NCBI GenBank assembly: GCA_965228735.1
Contig: OZ245838.1
Location: 32,001-96,000 of the forward strand
Reading direction: 5' to 3'
Length of the DNA: 64,000 nt
Source: Planctomycetota bacterium
GTDB lineage: Bacteria; Planctomycetota; UBA1135; UBA2386
Position numbers and translations under genes: made by a program. Below, one piece after another: positions 47,900 to 58,170 of this stretch (the stretch's first letter is position 1; each line of letters starts with the position of its first letter). The notes below the pieces were generated by a model. It was not told the DNA's origin and ran no database searches. It saw nothing but the letters and a program-made list of their open reading frames with translations.

Positions 47900-48529
47900 A
47901 TGACGCGACGACTCTGGCTCGTGCGCCACGGGGAAACCACGGGCGAGTCGTCGATCCGCTTTCACGGCAGCAACGACGTGCCGCTCGCGGACGCGGGCCG
48001 CGCGCAGATTCGCGCGCTCGCGCCGCTGCTGCACGCCGTCGACTTCGGGCGCGTGCTGCACAGTCCGCAGGTGCGCGCCGTCGAGTCCGCGACGATCCTC
48101 GCGGCGGCGTGTGCGATCGCCGCCGAGCGCATGCAGGCCGACGAACGCCTGCGGGAGATCTCGTTCGGTGACTGCGAGGGGCTGACGGCCGAGGAGATCG
48201 CGGTGCAGTTCCCCGACTTCTGGGCCGCGCGCGAACGTGGCGACGCCGCCGTGTTTCCCGGCGGCGAGCCGTTCGCCGACTACGCAGAGCGCGTCGGCGC
48301 CGTCGCGCGCGAGCTCGCCGCCGACGACTGGCAGGGCGACCTGCTCGTGGTCGGGCACCGCGGCACGGTGCGGCAGTTCTTGCGGACGCTGTTGCGGTTC
48401 CCGGCCGACGCGGACGATCCGTTCGCGGTCGATCTCGCGAGCCTGACGGTCGTGCGGCAGGACGGTCAGGCCGCCGGCGGGGACGCGCTGGTCGGGTTCG
48501 AACTCGAACTGTTCGGGGCCCTGCCGTAG
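47900..48529 (+). CDS. Histidine phosphatase family protein
   Basis: LVRHGET, LREISFG, VGHRG. Confidence 0.9.
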   Translation: MTRRLWLVRHGETTGESSIRFHGSNDVPLADAGRAQIRALAPLLHAVDFGRVLHSPQVRAVESATILAAACAIAAERMQADERLREISFGDCEGLTAEEIAVQFPDFWAARERGDAAVFPGGEPFADYAERVGAVARELAADDWQGDLLVVGHRGTVRQFLRTLLRFPADADDPFAVDLASLTVVRQDGQAAGGDALVGFELELFGALP

Positions 48530-48542
48530 CGTTCTCGCCCCG

Positions 48543-50129
48543 ATGAGCGCCCCCAGACTGCGTTTTGCCCCCTCTCCGACCGGCCCGCTCCATCTCGGTG
48601 GGGCGCGCACGGCGATGTACAACTGGGCGCTCGCGCGGGCGCTCGGCGGCACGTTCATCCTGCGCATCGAGGACACGGACCAGCAGCGGTCGACCGACGA
48701 ATCGCTGCAGATCATCCTCGAGGGGCTGTCGTGGCTCGGCGTCGACTGGGACGAAGGGCCGGAGCTCGAAGTTGGGGGCGACGGCCAGCGCGCGGCGCGC
48801 GGTGCGCACGGGCCGTATTTCCAGATGCAGCGGCTCGAGCTCTACCAGCAGGCGCTCGACAAGCTGCTCGCGAGCGGCCACGCCTACCGGTGCTTCTGCA
48901 CGCCCGAGCGGCTCGAGGAAGTGCGGAGCAAGCAGAAGGCCGAGAAGAGCTCGTTCATCGGCTACGACGGCCATTGCCGTGACCTCGCGCCGGCGGAGGC
49001 CGAGGCGCGCGCGGCGGCGGGCGAGAAGGCCAACGTGCGGTTCAAGATGCCGAAGGAGCGGGTGGTCAAAGTGACCGACCTGATCCGCGGCGAGGTCGAG
49101 GTCAACAGCAAGCAACTCGACGACTGGGTGATGGCGCGGTCTGGCGGCGTGCCGCTCTACAACTTCGCGTGTGTCGTCGACGACATCGGCATGGCGATCA
49201 CGCACGTCGTGCGCGGCGAGGAGCACTTCCTCAACGGCGTCAAGCAGCAGCTGCTGTTCGAGGCGCTCGGCGAAGAGGCGCCGGCGTATGCGCACATTCC
49301 GCTGATCCTGAATGCCAAGGGTGGCAAGCTCAGCAAGCGCGACCCGGGCGTGAAGAGCGTGCTCGAGTATCGCGACCTCGGCTACCCGCCCGAGGCGGTG
49401 TTCAACTACATCGCGCTGCTCGGGTGGGGGTTCTCGGCGGATCGCGACGTGTTCACGCGCGACGAGATGGTGGGCGCGTTCAAGATCGAGAACGTCGGCA
49501 AGGCCGGGGCCAAGTTCGATCTCGAGAAGCTGCACTGGATGTGCGGTGAATACGTGCGGCAGTGGACGGTCGAGCAGTGCGTCGAGCGCGCGCGCGCGTG
49601 GCTCGAGCCGACGCTGCCGGCGGGCGTGTTCTCGGATCACGCGCCGTGGGTGCGCAACATCGTCGCGTGCTATCAGGAGCGCGTGCAGCTGCTGTCGGAG
49701 TTCGCCGAGAAGGTCGGCTGGCTCGTCGCGACCGACGAGCTGCTCGAGCGCGACAAGGGCGCGCAGAAGAAGTGGGACAAGCACGCGGGGGACGCCAAGG
49801 GCTGGTTGCTCGGTTTCGCCGACCTGCTCGAGGCGCAGAACGGACCGCCGAGCTGGCCCGCGGACCGCAGCGCGGCGGATCAGGCCGTTCTGCTACCGAG
49901 TCAGAAGGACGCGCCGGAGCCGGAGAGTCCGTTCGACACGCCGGCGGCGATCGAGGCGCAGACCCGCGCGTTCTGCGAAGAGCGTGACATCAAATTCGGC
50001 CACTTCGTGCACCCGGTCCGCGCGGCGCTGACGGGGACGGATCGCGGGCCGGGGCTGTTCGACGTCGTGTTCCTGCTCGGGAAGGACACGTGCTGTCGAC
50101 GACTGCGGGCGGCGGCGGCCACGATCTGA
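48543..50129 (+). CDS. gltX: Glutamate--tRNA ligase
   Basis: RFAPSPTG, HLGG, LRIEDTD, THVVRGEEH, KLSKR. Confidence 0.95.
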   Translation: MSAPRLRFAPSPTGPLHLGGARTAMYNWALARALGGTFILRIEDTDQQRSTDESLQIILEGLSWLGVDWDEGPELEVGGDGQRAARGAHGPYFQMQRLELYQQALDKLLASGHAYRCFCTPERLEEVRSKQKAEKSSFIGYDGHCRDLAPAEAEARAAAGEKANVRFKMPKERVVKVTDLIRGEVEVNSKQLDDWVMARSGGVPLYNFACVVDDIGMAITHVVRGEEHFLNGVKQQLLFEALGEEAPAYAHIPLILNAKGGKLSKRDPGVKSVLEYRDLGYPPEAVFNYIALLGWGFSADRDVFTRDEMVGAFKIENVGKAGAKFDLEKLHWMCGEYVRQWTVEQCVERARAWLEPTLPAGVFSDHAPWVRNIVACYQERVQLLSEFAEKVGWLVATDELLERDKGAQKKWDKHAGDAKGWLLGFADLLEAQNGPPSWPADRSAADQAVLLPSQKDAPEPESPFDTPAAIEAQTRAFCEERDIKFGHFVHPVRAALTGTDRGPGLFDVVFLLGKDTCCRRLRAAAATI

Positions 50130-50141
50130 TCGAGGGCGGCC

Positions 50142-50246
50142 GTACCGAACCCGCTTCGAATCCGCCACCTGTCCGTCGGCGTAAGCCGTTGCTGTGGTTG
50201 TGGTCCGGCCGGTGGTGGGGTGGCGGATTCGAAGCGGGTTCGGTAC
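50142..50246. repeat. 28-bp perfect inverted repeat with a 49-nt spacer between convergent genes
   Basis: GTACCGAACCCGCTTCGAATCCGCCACC (50142-50169) and its reverse complement (50219-50246). Confidence 0.85.
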
Positions 50247-50251
50247 CGCCA

Positions 50252-51109
50252 TCACTTGCGTTTGCGGAGGTCGCTGAGCTCGGGCGCGAGTGGTCCGATC
50301 TCGAGTTCTGCGACCGCGCGTGGCAGATGCGGGTCACCGATGAGGCCGATGACGGCCGCTGCGCGCAGGGCCTGCTTCCTGTCGGGTGACGCGTCGTCCG
50401 AGCGGATCCAGCTGTGGTCCCAGCGCGTCGCGGGTTCGACGCACCAGAACGTCAACGACACGAAGAGTGCGGTGCACGCCGCGCGCCACCGCCGGAGCGA
50501 CGTTCCGGACTCGCGACCGGTCTGGAGCCACAGGAACGTGATCAGAAAGCCCGCGATCAGCCCGCCCACGTGGCCCGTGTTGCTGACGATCGGGATGAAC
50601 ATGCCGATCACGATGTTCATCGCGATCAGGCCGAGCATGCGGCGGGGGCCTTCGAACTCGAGGAACGAGAACAGATGCCGCCCCGATCGCATGTTGATCG
50701 CGACGATCGCGCCCATCATGCCGAACAGCGCGCCCGAGCCGCCCAGGACCGGCTGCTGAGGGGCGTAGACGAGGCAGCACGCGATGTGGCCGCCGACCGC
50801 TGCGACGAGGTAGAGCAGAGCGTATCGGACGCTGCCGAGCGCCATTTCCAACGACGGCCCGAGCGCGAGCAGTCCGAGCATGTTCAGCCCGATGTGGATC
50901 AGGTTGAAGTGCAGGAACGCCGCGCTGACGAGGCGCCACGGTTCGCCGTCGACGACCCAGAGCGGCATCATCATGCCGTAAGTGGCCAGCGCTTCGCCGT
51001 AGTCTTCCGCGGCGACTCCGAGGTTGGTCAACACGAACAACGTCCCGTACGCGACCGCGATCACCAACGTCACCGGGATCCGATCCGCCTGCTTGAAGAA
51101 CTCGTTCAT
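50252..51109 (-). CDS. Rhomboid family intramembrane serine protease
   Basis: PWRLVSAAFLHFNLIHIGLN, GGSGALFG, GHVGGL. Confidence 0.9.
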   Translation of the reverse strand: MNEFFKQADRIPVTLVIAVAYGTLFVLTNLGVAAEDYGEALATYGMMMPLWVVDGEPWRLVSAAFLHFNLIHIGLNMLGLLALGPSLEMALGSVRYALLYLVAAVGGHIACCLVYAPQQPVLGGSGALFGMMGAIVAINMRSGRHLFSFLEFEGPRRMLGLIAMNIVIGMFIPIVSNTGHVGGLIAGFLITFLWLQTGRESGTSLRRWRAACTALFVSLTFWCVEPATRWDHSWIRSDDASPDRKQALRAAAVIGLIGDPHLPRAVAELEIGPLAPELSDLRKRK

Positions 51110-51960
51110 CGTCCACCCCCGCGCCACAGCCACACGCGCGCGAGCGCGCGAAACCAGTTCTCCTCGGGCGTCAGGCGGCCTTGCGGCGGTTCGGCCGCGT
51201 AGCGCATCGCCTCGCGCGCACCCTCGCGGTCGCCGGTTGCCGCCCGCGCCTGGCCGAGCCAGTAGTGGCTCTTCTTGCTGCCGCCGTGTTCCCGGCTGTG
51301 GTCCTCGAGAATGCGAATGGCGGCCGCGTCGTCGCCGGCCAGGATCGCGCACCGCCCGAGCAGGAGGCGCGCCTCGCCGAACGCGTGGCCCGGGTCGAGG
51401 TCGTCCGCGCGCTGGAACGCCTGGATCGCACCCGGCACCTGCCCGATGCGCAGCAGCAATCGGCCGAGCTGAAACCAGGCGCTCGCGACCTGATCGTCGA
51501 GCTCGACGGCGCGACCGAGGTGGGTCACTGCTAGCTGCAACTCCGAGCGCACGAGCGCGAGCCGCCCGACCTCGAGATGACGCGCGGCGGTCTCGACGTG
51601 CTGCAGTTCCGAGAGCGCGTTGAGCAGCGGGCCGCGGTCGCTCGCGAAGTTGAGCCGGAAGCGCTCGAACATCAGCCGGACCCACGCCGGGAACGGCGGG
51701 AACAGCAGCGCCGCGACGATCAGAACGGCGGCGAGGACGATCGCGGCCCACGCCAACGCGTCGAGCAGGTGGAGCTTGAGCCGCACCGCGAGCACGGGGT
51801 CGCTCCGCGCGAGCAGCCAGAGCACGACGGGCCAGATCGCGAGGCCCCAGACGAGCACGAGGGGCAGCAGGCGCAGCGCTCGCCGATGCGTCGGGATCAC
51901 GGGTGGCGCGGTGCCGCCGGCATCCGGCGCGGGCGCGCCCTCCGCGCCGCCGCTACGCAT
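51106..51960 (-). CDS. Membrane-anchored TPR protein
   Basis: Two TM segments, then AWFQLG/ARLLLG/HYWLG repeats. Confidence 0.82.
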   Translation of the reverse strand: MRSGGAEGAPAPDAGGTAPPVIPTHRRALRLLPLVLVWGLAIWPVVLWLLARSDPVLAVRLKLHLLDALAWAAIVLAAVLIVAALLFPPFPAWVRLMFERFRLNFASDRGPLLNALSELQHVETAARHLEVGRLALVRSELQLAVTHLGRAVELDDQVASAWFQLGRLLLRIGQVPGAIQAFQRADDLDPGHAFGEARLLLGRCAILAGDDAAAIRILEDHSREHGGSKKSHYWLGQARAATGDREGAREAMRYAAEPPQGRLTPEENWFRALARVWLWRGGGR

Positions 51961-52486
51961 CACCGTTGCCGCCGGTGAGCTTGACGAACGTGCCGCGCGC
52001 CTTGTCCTTCGTCACGCCGGGGAACTCGAGTACCCGGTTGTGGAGCACGCTGTAGACGCCGGGCTGCACGAGCTGGACCGCGAGCAGGGCCTCGGTCAGG
52101 TTCTGCAGGGCATCCGTGTTGCGCATGATGTAGGGCCGCATCGCGCCGGTCAGCACGATCGGGACCCGCGGCGTGCCGAGGAGTTCATGGATGCGCTCGC
52201 CGGTGACGGGCAGCCGGTCCGTCCCGTGCACGATCACGACCCCGTCGTGGGCCTCGGCCATCGAGCCGGCCGTGCGCGCGATCAGATCGTGGTCGCCCGG
52301 CGTCATCTCGAGGCTGTCCTTGTTCATCAGCGGGATGCGCACGATGTGCACGCCGTGGAGCTGCATGCCGGCGAGCACGACGTCGAGCACGTTCGTGCTG
52401 TTGTCCAGCACGCCGTGCATCTCGTCGTAGGTCTTCTCGATCGTGCCGCCGGTCGAGATCAGAGCGATGCGGGCAGGGGGGCTCAC
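51953..52486 (-). CDS. Asparaginase N-terminal domain protein
   Basis: STGGTIEK, KDSL, HGTD, LTGAMRP. Confidence 0.88.
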   Translation of the reverse strand: MSPPARIALISTGGTIEKTYDEMHGVLDNSTNVLDVVLAGMQLHGVHIVRIPLMNKDSLEMTPGDHDLIARTAGSMAEAHDGVVIVHGTDRLPVTGERIHELLGTPRVPIVLTGAMRPYIMRNTDALQNLTEALLAVQLVQPGVYSVLHNRVLEFPGVTKDKARGTFVKLTGGNGDA

Positions 52487-52529
52487 GAGCGCCCTTCTAG
52501 CCGGGCGGGCGACCTGCTACAAACGCGGC

Positions 52530-53483
52530 GTGCAGTATCGCAATCTCGGCGCCTCCGGGCTGAAAGTCAGCGTCGTCGGCCTCGGTTCGTGGCTGACGAT
52601 GGGCACGATCGTGGACGGAGCGGCCACGAAGCAGATCGTCGGTTGCGCCCGGGATCACGGGGTCAACCTGTTCGACACCGCGGACGTCTACAACCTCGGT
52701 GCGGCCGAAGAGGCGCTGGGAACGGTCCTCAAGAAGCTGCCGCGGCACGAATGCGTCGTGGCGACGAAGTGCTTCTTCCCGATGAGCGACGACGTCAACG
52801 ACCGCGGGCTGTCGCGCAAGCACATCCACGAGTCGATCCGGCGGTCGTTGCAGCGGCTCGGCACCGACTACGTCGACCTCTACCAGTGCCACCGCTACGA
52901 CGACGACGTGCCGCTGCGCGAGACCGCGCGGGCCATGGACGACCTCGTGCGGCGCGGCATGGTGCTCTACTGGGGCGTGAGCCAGTGGCCGGCGAACCGC
53001 ATCGCCGAGGTCGTCGAGCTCTGCCGTCGCGAGGGTTGGGCCGAGCCGATCAGCAACCAGCCGCTCTACAACCTCTTCGACCGCGGCATCGAACGCGAGG
53101 TGCTGCCGACGGCCGAACGCTACGGCCTCGGGCAACTCGTCTACTCGCCGCTCGCGCAGGGGGTCCTGACGGGCAAGTACAAGCCGCGGGAAGCACCGCC
53201 GGCCGGCACCCGCGCGACGGAGAAGGCCGGCAGCCAGTTCATCGAACGCTACCTCACCGAAGAACGCCGCGAGGCCGCGCAGAAGCTCGTTGAGCTGGCT
53301 GCCCAGCACGACCTGACCGCGACGCAGCTCGCGCTCGCGTTCTGCCTGCGCGATGACCGCATCTCGACCGTGCTCGTCGGCGCGCGCAGCGCCGAGCAGC
53401 TCGAACACAACATCTCGGCGGCCCAGGTCATGCTCGAGCCGTCGCTCGTCGCCGAGCTCGAGCGCCTGTTCCCGATCGCGTAG
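52530..53483 (+). CDS. Aldo/keto reductase (Kv-beta-like)
   Basis: YRNLGASGLKVS, FDTADVY, GLSRKHI, SPLAQGVLTGKY. Confidence 0.92.
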   Translation: MQYRNLGASGLKVSVVGLGSWLTMGTIVDGAATKQIVGCARDHGVNLFDTADVYNLGAAEEALGTVLKKLPRHECVVATKCFFPMSDDVNDRGLSRKHIHESIRRSLQRLGTDYVDLYQCHRYDDDVPLRETARAMDDLVRRGMVLYWGVSQWPANRIAEVVELCRREGWAEPISNQPLYNLFDRGIEREVLPTAERYGLGQLVYSPLAQGVLTGKYKPREAPPAGTRATEKAGSQFIERYLTEERREAAQKLVELAAQHDLTATQLALAFCLRDDRISTVLVGARSAEQLEHNISAAQVMLEPSLVAELERLFPIA

Positions 53484-53493
53484 GTCGCTGATC

Positions 53494-54291
53494 GTGACCG
53501 CCCCCGTTCTCGTTCGCCTGCCGGACCGCGCCGCGCTGGCGCAGATGTTCCGGCTGCGCTACGGCGAGCCCGATCGCCTCGGCTGGGGCCCGCGGCTGCG
53601 GCTCGACTACGACTACCACACGCCCGACGACTGGTACGAGGCGTTCATCGCCGGCCTCATCGCGCCCGGCGCGAACTGGCTCGACGTCGGCTGCGGGCGT
53701 GAGCTGTTTCCGAGCAACCAACGGCTCGCCGAGTCGCTGTCGCGGCGCTGCGGTCGCCTCGTCGGTCTCGACCCGGATCCGACGTTGCAGGAGAACCGGT
53801 GGGTGCACGAGAAGGTCGCGGGCGGCATCGACACGTTCGACGGCGGCGCGGCGTTCGACGTCGTGACGCTGCGCATGGTCGCGGAGCACATCGCCGATCC
53901 GGCCGCGTGCGTGCGGCGCATCGCCGACGCGCTGCGGCCCGGTGGCGTCGCCGTGATCTACACCGTCTGGAGCTTCTCGCCGATGCCGATCCTGACGCGG
54001 CTCGCGCCGATGGGGCTGCGCCACCGCGTCAAGTCGTGGCTGTGGGGCACGCAGCCGAAGGACACGTTCCCGACGTGCTTCCGGATGAACACGCGTTCGA
54101 CGCTGCGGAGCCAGTTCACTGCTGTCGGCATGACCGAGGCGGAGTTCGTGCGCCTCGACGACTGCCGCACGTTCGCCCGCTTCCGCCCCCTCAACGAGAT
54201 CGAGCTCTGGGTGCGCACCGTGTGTCGCGCGCTGCGGTTGCCGTACCCCGAACACTGCGTGCTCGGGGTCTACCGCAAGCCGATCGCGTAG
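53494..54291 (+). CDS. Class I SAM-dependent methyltransferase
   Basis: WLDVGCG, FDVV..VAEHIADP, LRPGG. Confidence 0.85.
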   Translation: MTAPVLVRLPDRAALAQMFRLRYGEPDRLGWGPRLRLDYDYHTPDDWYEAFIAGLIAPGANWLDVGCGRELFPSNQRLAESLSRRCGRLVGLDPDPTLQENRWVHEKVAGGIDTFDGGAAFDVVTLRMVAEHIADPAACVRRIADALRPGGVAVIYTVWSFSPMPILTRLAPMGLRHRVKSWLWGTQPKDTFPTCFRMNTRSTLRSQFTAVGMTEAEFVRLDDCRTFARFRPLNEIELWVRTVCRALRLPYPEHCVLGVYRKPIA

Positions 54292-54310
54292 CGGACCGAG
54301 TTCACCCGGC

Positions 54311-56722
54311 TCAATGGCGCAGCTGCGTGCGCTCGAGGTTGGTCAGGTGATCGTCACCCGGGAACACCCAGCCCTGCGCGTGGATCGGCAGGCCGTCGAA
54401 GATCCGCGTTGCCGGGAACGTGAGCTGCGCGGTCGCACGGCCGGCCGGCAGCGGCGCGATCAACGGCACGACGGTGAGCAGCGGGTCGAGCCACAGCAGA
54501 CCCTGCGGCAACACGGTCGGCGTCGGCATCGATCCGATCGACACCCCGACGAACCCGAAGTCGGGGAGCGGGTAGCTCGGGCGCGCGTAGAGGTCGAGCT
54601 CGAAGACCTGGCCGGCTTCCGGCGCACGCGGCGCGTGCAGGTGGCGGTGCAGGTTGACCATCAACGTCGCCGACTCGAGGCCCATGAGGAACAGGTCGGG
54701 GTCGTCGTCGCCGTCGGCGTCCGCGACCTGGATGCCGAACGCGGCGGTCGTCAGCGGGTCCGTGCCGGCGTCGACGAACACGCCGTTGCCCTGGTTGCGC
54801 AGCACCTGCAGGCCCGCGATCCGCCCGGCCGGCGTCGTCTGCACGGCCACGATGTCCGCGTCGCCGTCGAGATCGACGTCGAGGGAGCGCTGCGGCAGCT
54901 GTGCCGTTGCCGGCAGCCAGGTCGCGCCGCGGTCGACGAAGCCTGGCGCCAGGTTCTCGAACACGGTGCCGAGCCACACGAGGTCGAGGTCGCCGTCGCC
55001 GTCGAGATCGCTCGCGTCGGGCGCGCCCGCGAACAACCCGCCGGGGAAGCCCAGCGGCCACCACGAGGCCGTCACGTCGGTGAAGGTCCCGCTGCCGTTG
55101 TTCCGCAGCGCCCAGGAGTCGGACAGCAGATCGAGGTCGCCGTCGCCGTCGGCGTCGGCCGCGATGGCGCTGAAGAACGGCTGCGGCAGGGCCTGACCCG
55201 CATCGAAGCCGGCGCCGTTCCAGAGCCAGAGGCGATTGCTGCCGAGGATCGCGCGGCTCACGACGTCGAGGTCGCCGTCGTTGTCGAGGTCGGCGAGCAC
55301 GCGTCCGTTGGCTTGGCCGAGCCCGACGAACTGTTGCACGGCGAGTGAGAACACCCCCGTGCCGTCATTGAGCCAGACGTGGAACTCCCAGCTGACCGAG
55401 CGGAGCAGATCGATGTCGCCGTCACCGTCGATGTCGCCGAACAGGCCCTCGGGGAGCGATTGGGCGAGCGGCGTCGGGAACTCGCCGTGGCCGTCGCCGA
55501 GCCAGGTGCCGGTCTCGGTCCAGAGGTCGACGTTGCCGTCGCCGTTGAGGTCGACGAGCTTGCCGGCAGTGACGGGCTCGTGATGGTCGTCGAAGAAATT
55601 GCCGTTGCCGTCGTTCTGCAGCAGTCGCAGCGAACCATCGACCGGGAGTTGCCCCGCGTCGTCGCGCCCGACGAGATCGAGGTCGCCGTCGCCGTCGAGG
55701 TCGATCAGTTGCTCGACGGCGGTGAGCCGCGCGAACGTCGCGCCGGCCACGCGGCTGAAGTTGGCCAGCCCGTCGTTGTGAAATATGACGACCGCGTCGT
55801 TCTCCTGACCGACGAGGTCGAGATCGCCATCGCCGTCGATGTCGCCGACTTTCGGGCCGCGGCCTTCCGACAGGCTGAGCTGTTGGTGCAGGGCGAACGC
55901 GCCGCCGCCCGTGCCGCGATAGACGTTGGCCATCCCGAGTGCGTTGTACGGTCCCATCTCGAGCACGAGGTCCTGCGTGCCGTCGCCGTCGAGGTCGGCG
56001 ACGGTGGCGCCGGAGTGCGACGACACCCCGGTCAACGCGATGCTCTGCAGCGAGAACGAACGCAGACCGTCGTTCCGCAGCGCGTCGCAGCCGGTCGTGC
56101 CGCCGGGAATCACGATGTCGAGGTCGCCGTCGCTGTCGTAGTCGCCGAGCGCGTGGCCGCGCCAGACGTTGATCACGTAGCGGTCCCGGGCCGCCGGTCC
56201 GGCGGGGCCACCCCAGTAGATGTTGACCGCGTCCGCGCACAGTGCGATGACGTCGTCGAACGAGTCGCCGTCGAGGTCGGCGAACTCGAGGCCCCAGCAG
56301 TCGCCGTCGACGGAATGGACCGTCTGCGGCACCGCCGGCGTGAGGCTCGTGCGGAACATCTGGCCGGGAAACGCTTCAAAGATCTCGGGGGTGCCGTCGC
56401 CGTCGGTGTCGCCGATGCCGACCATGCGCCACTGCTGGAACGGCGTCAGCGGCAGCGGCACGGGGATGTTGGCGAATGCGCCGGTGCTGTCGTTGATCAG
56501 CAGGCGCAGTTCGTCCGCGAGCCCGATGCCCGCGAGGTCGGGGGTGCCGTTGCCGTCGAGGTCCGCGACCGCGACATGGCCGACGAACTGCGCCGGCACG
56601 TGGCGGCGGGCGGCTTCGAGGAACTGTTGGGCAGGCAACTGGCTCGTCAACTGGGTCAGAAGCGCGGATGCCGTGAGCAGCGCAGCGCTGACAGACGTGT
56701 GGTCGAGTCGGGGGGGTGTCAT
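54311..56722 (-). CDS. Secreted FG-GAP/VCBS repeat protein with the shared C-terminal domain
   Basis: Many DLDGDGDLD-type repeats; signal peptide. Confidence 0.9.
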   Translation of the reverse strand: MTPPRLDHTSVSAALLTASALLTQLTSQLPAQQFLEAARRHVPAQFVGHVAVADLDGNGTPDLAGIGLADELRLLINDSTGAFANIPVPLPLTPFQQWRMVGIGDTDGDGTPEIFEAFPGQMFRTSLTPAVPQTVHSVDGDCWGLEFADLDGDSFDDVIALCADAVNIYWGGPAGPAARDRYVINVWRGHALGDYDSDGDLDIVIPGGTTGCDALRNDGLRSFSLQSIALTGVSSHSGATVADLDGDGTQDLVLEMGPYNALGMANVYRGTGGGAFALHQQLSLSEGRGPKVGDIDGDGDLDLVGQENDAVVIFHNDGLANFSRVAGATFARLTAVEQLIDLDGDGDLDLVGRDDAGQLPVDGSLRLLQNDGNGNFFDDHHEPVTAGKLVDLNGDGNVDLWTETGTWLGDGHGEFPTPLAQSLPEGLFGDIDGDGDIDLLRSVSWEFHVWLNDGTGVFSLAVQQFVGLGQANGRVLADLDNDGDLDVVSRAILGSNRLWLWNGAGFDAGQALPQPFFSAIAADADGDGDLDLLSDSWALRNNGSGTFTDVTASWWPLGFPGGLFAGAPDASDLDGDGDLDLVWLGTVFENLAPGFVDRGATWLPATAQLPQRSLDVDLDGDADIVAVQTTPAGRIAGLQVLRNQGNGVFVDAGTDPLTTAAFGIQVADADGDDDPDLFLMGLESATLMVNLHRHLHAPRAPEAGQVFELDLYARPSYPLPDFGFVGVSIGSMPTPTVLPQGLLWLDPLLTVVPLIAPLPAGRATAQLTFPATRIFDGLPIHAQGWVFPGDDHLTNLERTQLRH

Positions 56723-56972
56723 CAGGAGACCTCGTGGCGCGTATGCCGGGGAACGTCAGCTGCGGGTGATCGTATGGCAGATGCCCTTTGGGGGGAGCGG
56801 CGCGGCTGCCCGGGCGGGGTCGCGGCGCATCGGGTCCCGCCGCCTCGGGTCCCGCGGCATACCTGGCCTTCCTCCGGTCGGCCCTGGCCGCTACAGCCAT
56901 TCCGTGAAATCCGGTGCGTCGCCGCGCGCCCGAGCCGGCGGCGGCTACGCTCGCCCGTGCCAACCGAACCTC

Positions 56973-58151
56973 ATGCCAGTCCGCAAGATTCGCAGTCTGC
57001 AGCCGCCGCGGGACGACCTGCGCGCGCTCTATCCCGAGATCGAACCGTTCGACCACGGCCACCTCGCGGTCGGCTCCGGTCACGAGGTCTACTACGAGCA
57101 ATGCGGCAATCCCGACGGCAAGCCCGTCGTGTTCGTGCACGGTGGGCCCGGCGGCGGCGCGGGGGAGGACTACCGGCGGTTCTTCGATCCGGCGGCCTAT
57201 CGCATCGTGCTGTTCGATCAGCGCGGGTGCAAACGCAGCCGGCCCTACGCCAGCCTCGTCGACAACACGACGTGGCATCTCGTCGACGACATCGAGCGCA
57301 TCCGCGAGCACCTCGGGATCGAGCGGTGGCAGGTGTTCGGCGGTTCGTGGGGGAGCACGCTGAGTCTGAGTTACGCGCAGCGCCATCCGGACCGCGTCAC
57401 GGAACTCGTGCTGCGCGGCATCTTCATGCTGCGGCGCAAGGAGCTGCTGTGGTTCTACCAGGAGGGCGGCAGCAACATCTTCCCCGACGCGTGGGAGGCG
57501 TTCCTCGAACCGATCCCCGCGGTCGAACGTGGTGACCTCATGAGCGCGTACTACCGCCGCCTCACGAGTGACGACGAGGCGACCCGGCTCGCGGCGGCGC
57601 GCGCGTGGTCCGTGTGGGAGGGGACGACGAGCCTGCTGTATCCGAACGAGAAGAAGATCGCCGAGACGGGCGCCGACGACTTCGCCGTCGCGTTCGCGCG
57701 CATCGAGTGCCACTACTTCGTGCACGGCGGGTTCTTCGAGACCGAGGACCAGCTGCTGCGCGGCGTCGACCGCATCCGGCACATCCCGACCGTGATCGTG
57801 CAGGGCCGCTACGACGTCGTGTGTCCGGCGCGATCGGCCTGGGACCTGTATCGCGAGTGGCCCGAGGCCGAGCTCGTGATCGTCGAGGACTCGGGACACT
57901 CCGCGTTCGAGCCGGGGATCCAGAGCGAGCTGTTGGCGGCGACGGATCGGTTTCCGGGGGTAGCCCGGCCTGCGCGGGGCGAGTCGTCGACACCGGATCG
58001 GCGACGAGAAGATGCTCGGTCGCGCCTGATAAACCCGGCCGGTCTCGGCGCATGGGAAGGAGCGTGCGACGGAATCGTCCCCTGTCGTTACGCCCCGGTA
58101 GCGCCCCGCGCCATCCACCCCTCGATGACCGCGATGTGGCAACCGGCATGA
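56973..58151 (+). CDS. pip: Prolyl aminopeptidase (C-terminal extension probably from a frameshift near 57956-57960)
   Basis: LYPEIEP, HGGPG, FDQRGC, FGGSWGS, QGRYD, SGHSAFEP, ATDRF. Confidence 0.93.
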   Translation: MPVRKIRSLQPPRDDLRALYPEIEPFDHGHLAVGSGHEVYYEQCGNPDGKPVVFVHGGPGGGAGEDYRRFFDPAAYRIVLFDQRGCKRSRPYASLVDNTTWHLVDDIERIREHLGIERWQVFGGSWGSTLSLSYAQRHPDRVTELVLRGIFMLRRKELLWFYQEGGSNIFPDAWEAFLEPIPAVERGDLMSAYYRRLTSDDEATRLAAARAWSVWEGTTSLLYPNEKKIAETGADDFAVAFARIECHYFVHGGFFETEDQLLRGVDRIRHIPTVIVQGRYDVVCPARSAWDLYREWPEAELVIVEDSGHSAFEPGIQSELLAATDRFPGVARPARGESSTPDRRREDARSRLINPAGLGAWEGACDGIVPCRYAPVAPRAIHPSMTAMWQPA

Positions 58152-58170
58152 CTCTTGCAGGAAACCGCTC

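Noticed and set aside
54311..56722. DNA-level repeat array (GTCGCCGTCG...)
   Set aside because: Explained by the coding DxDGDGD FG-GAP repeats
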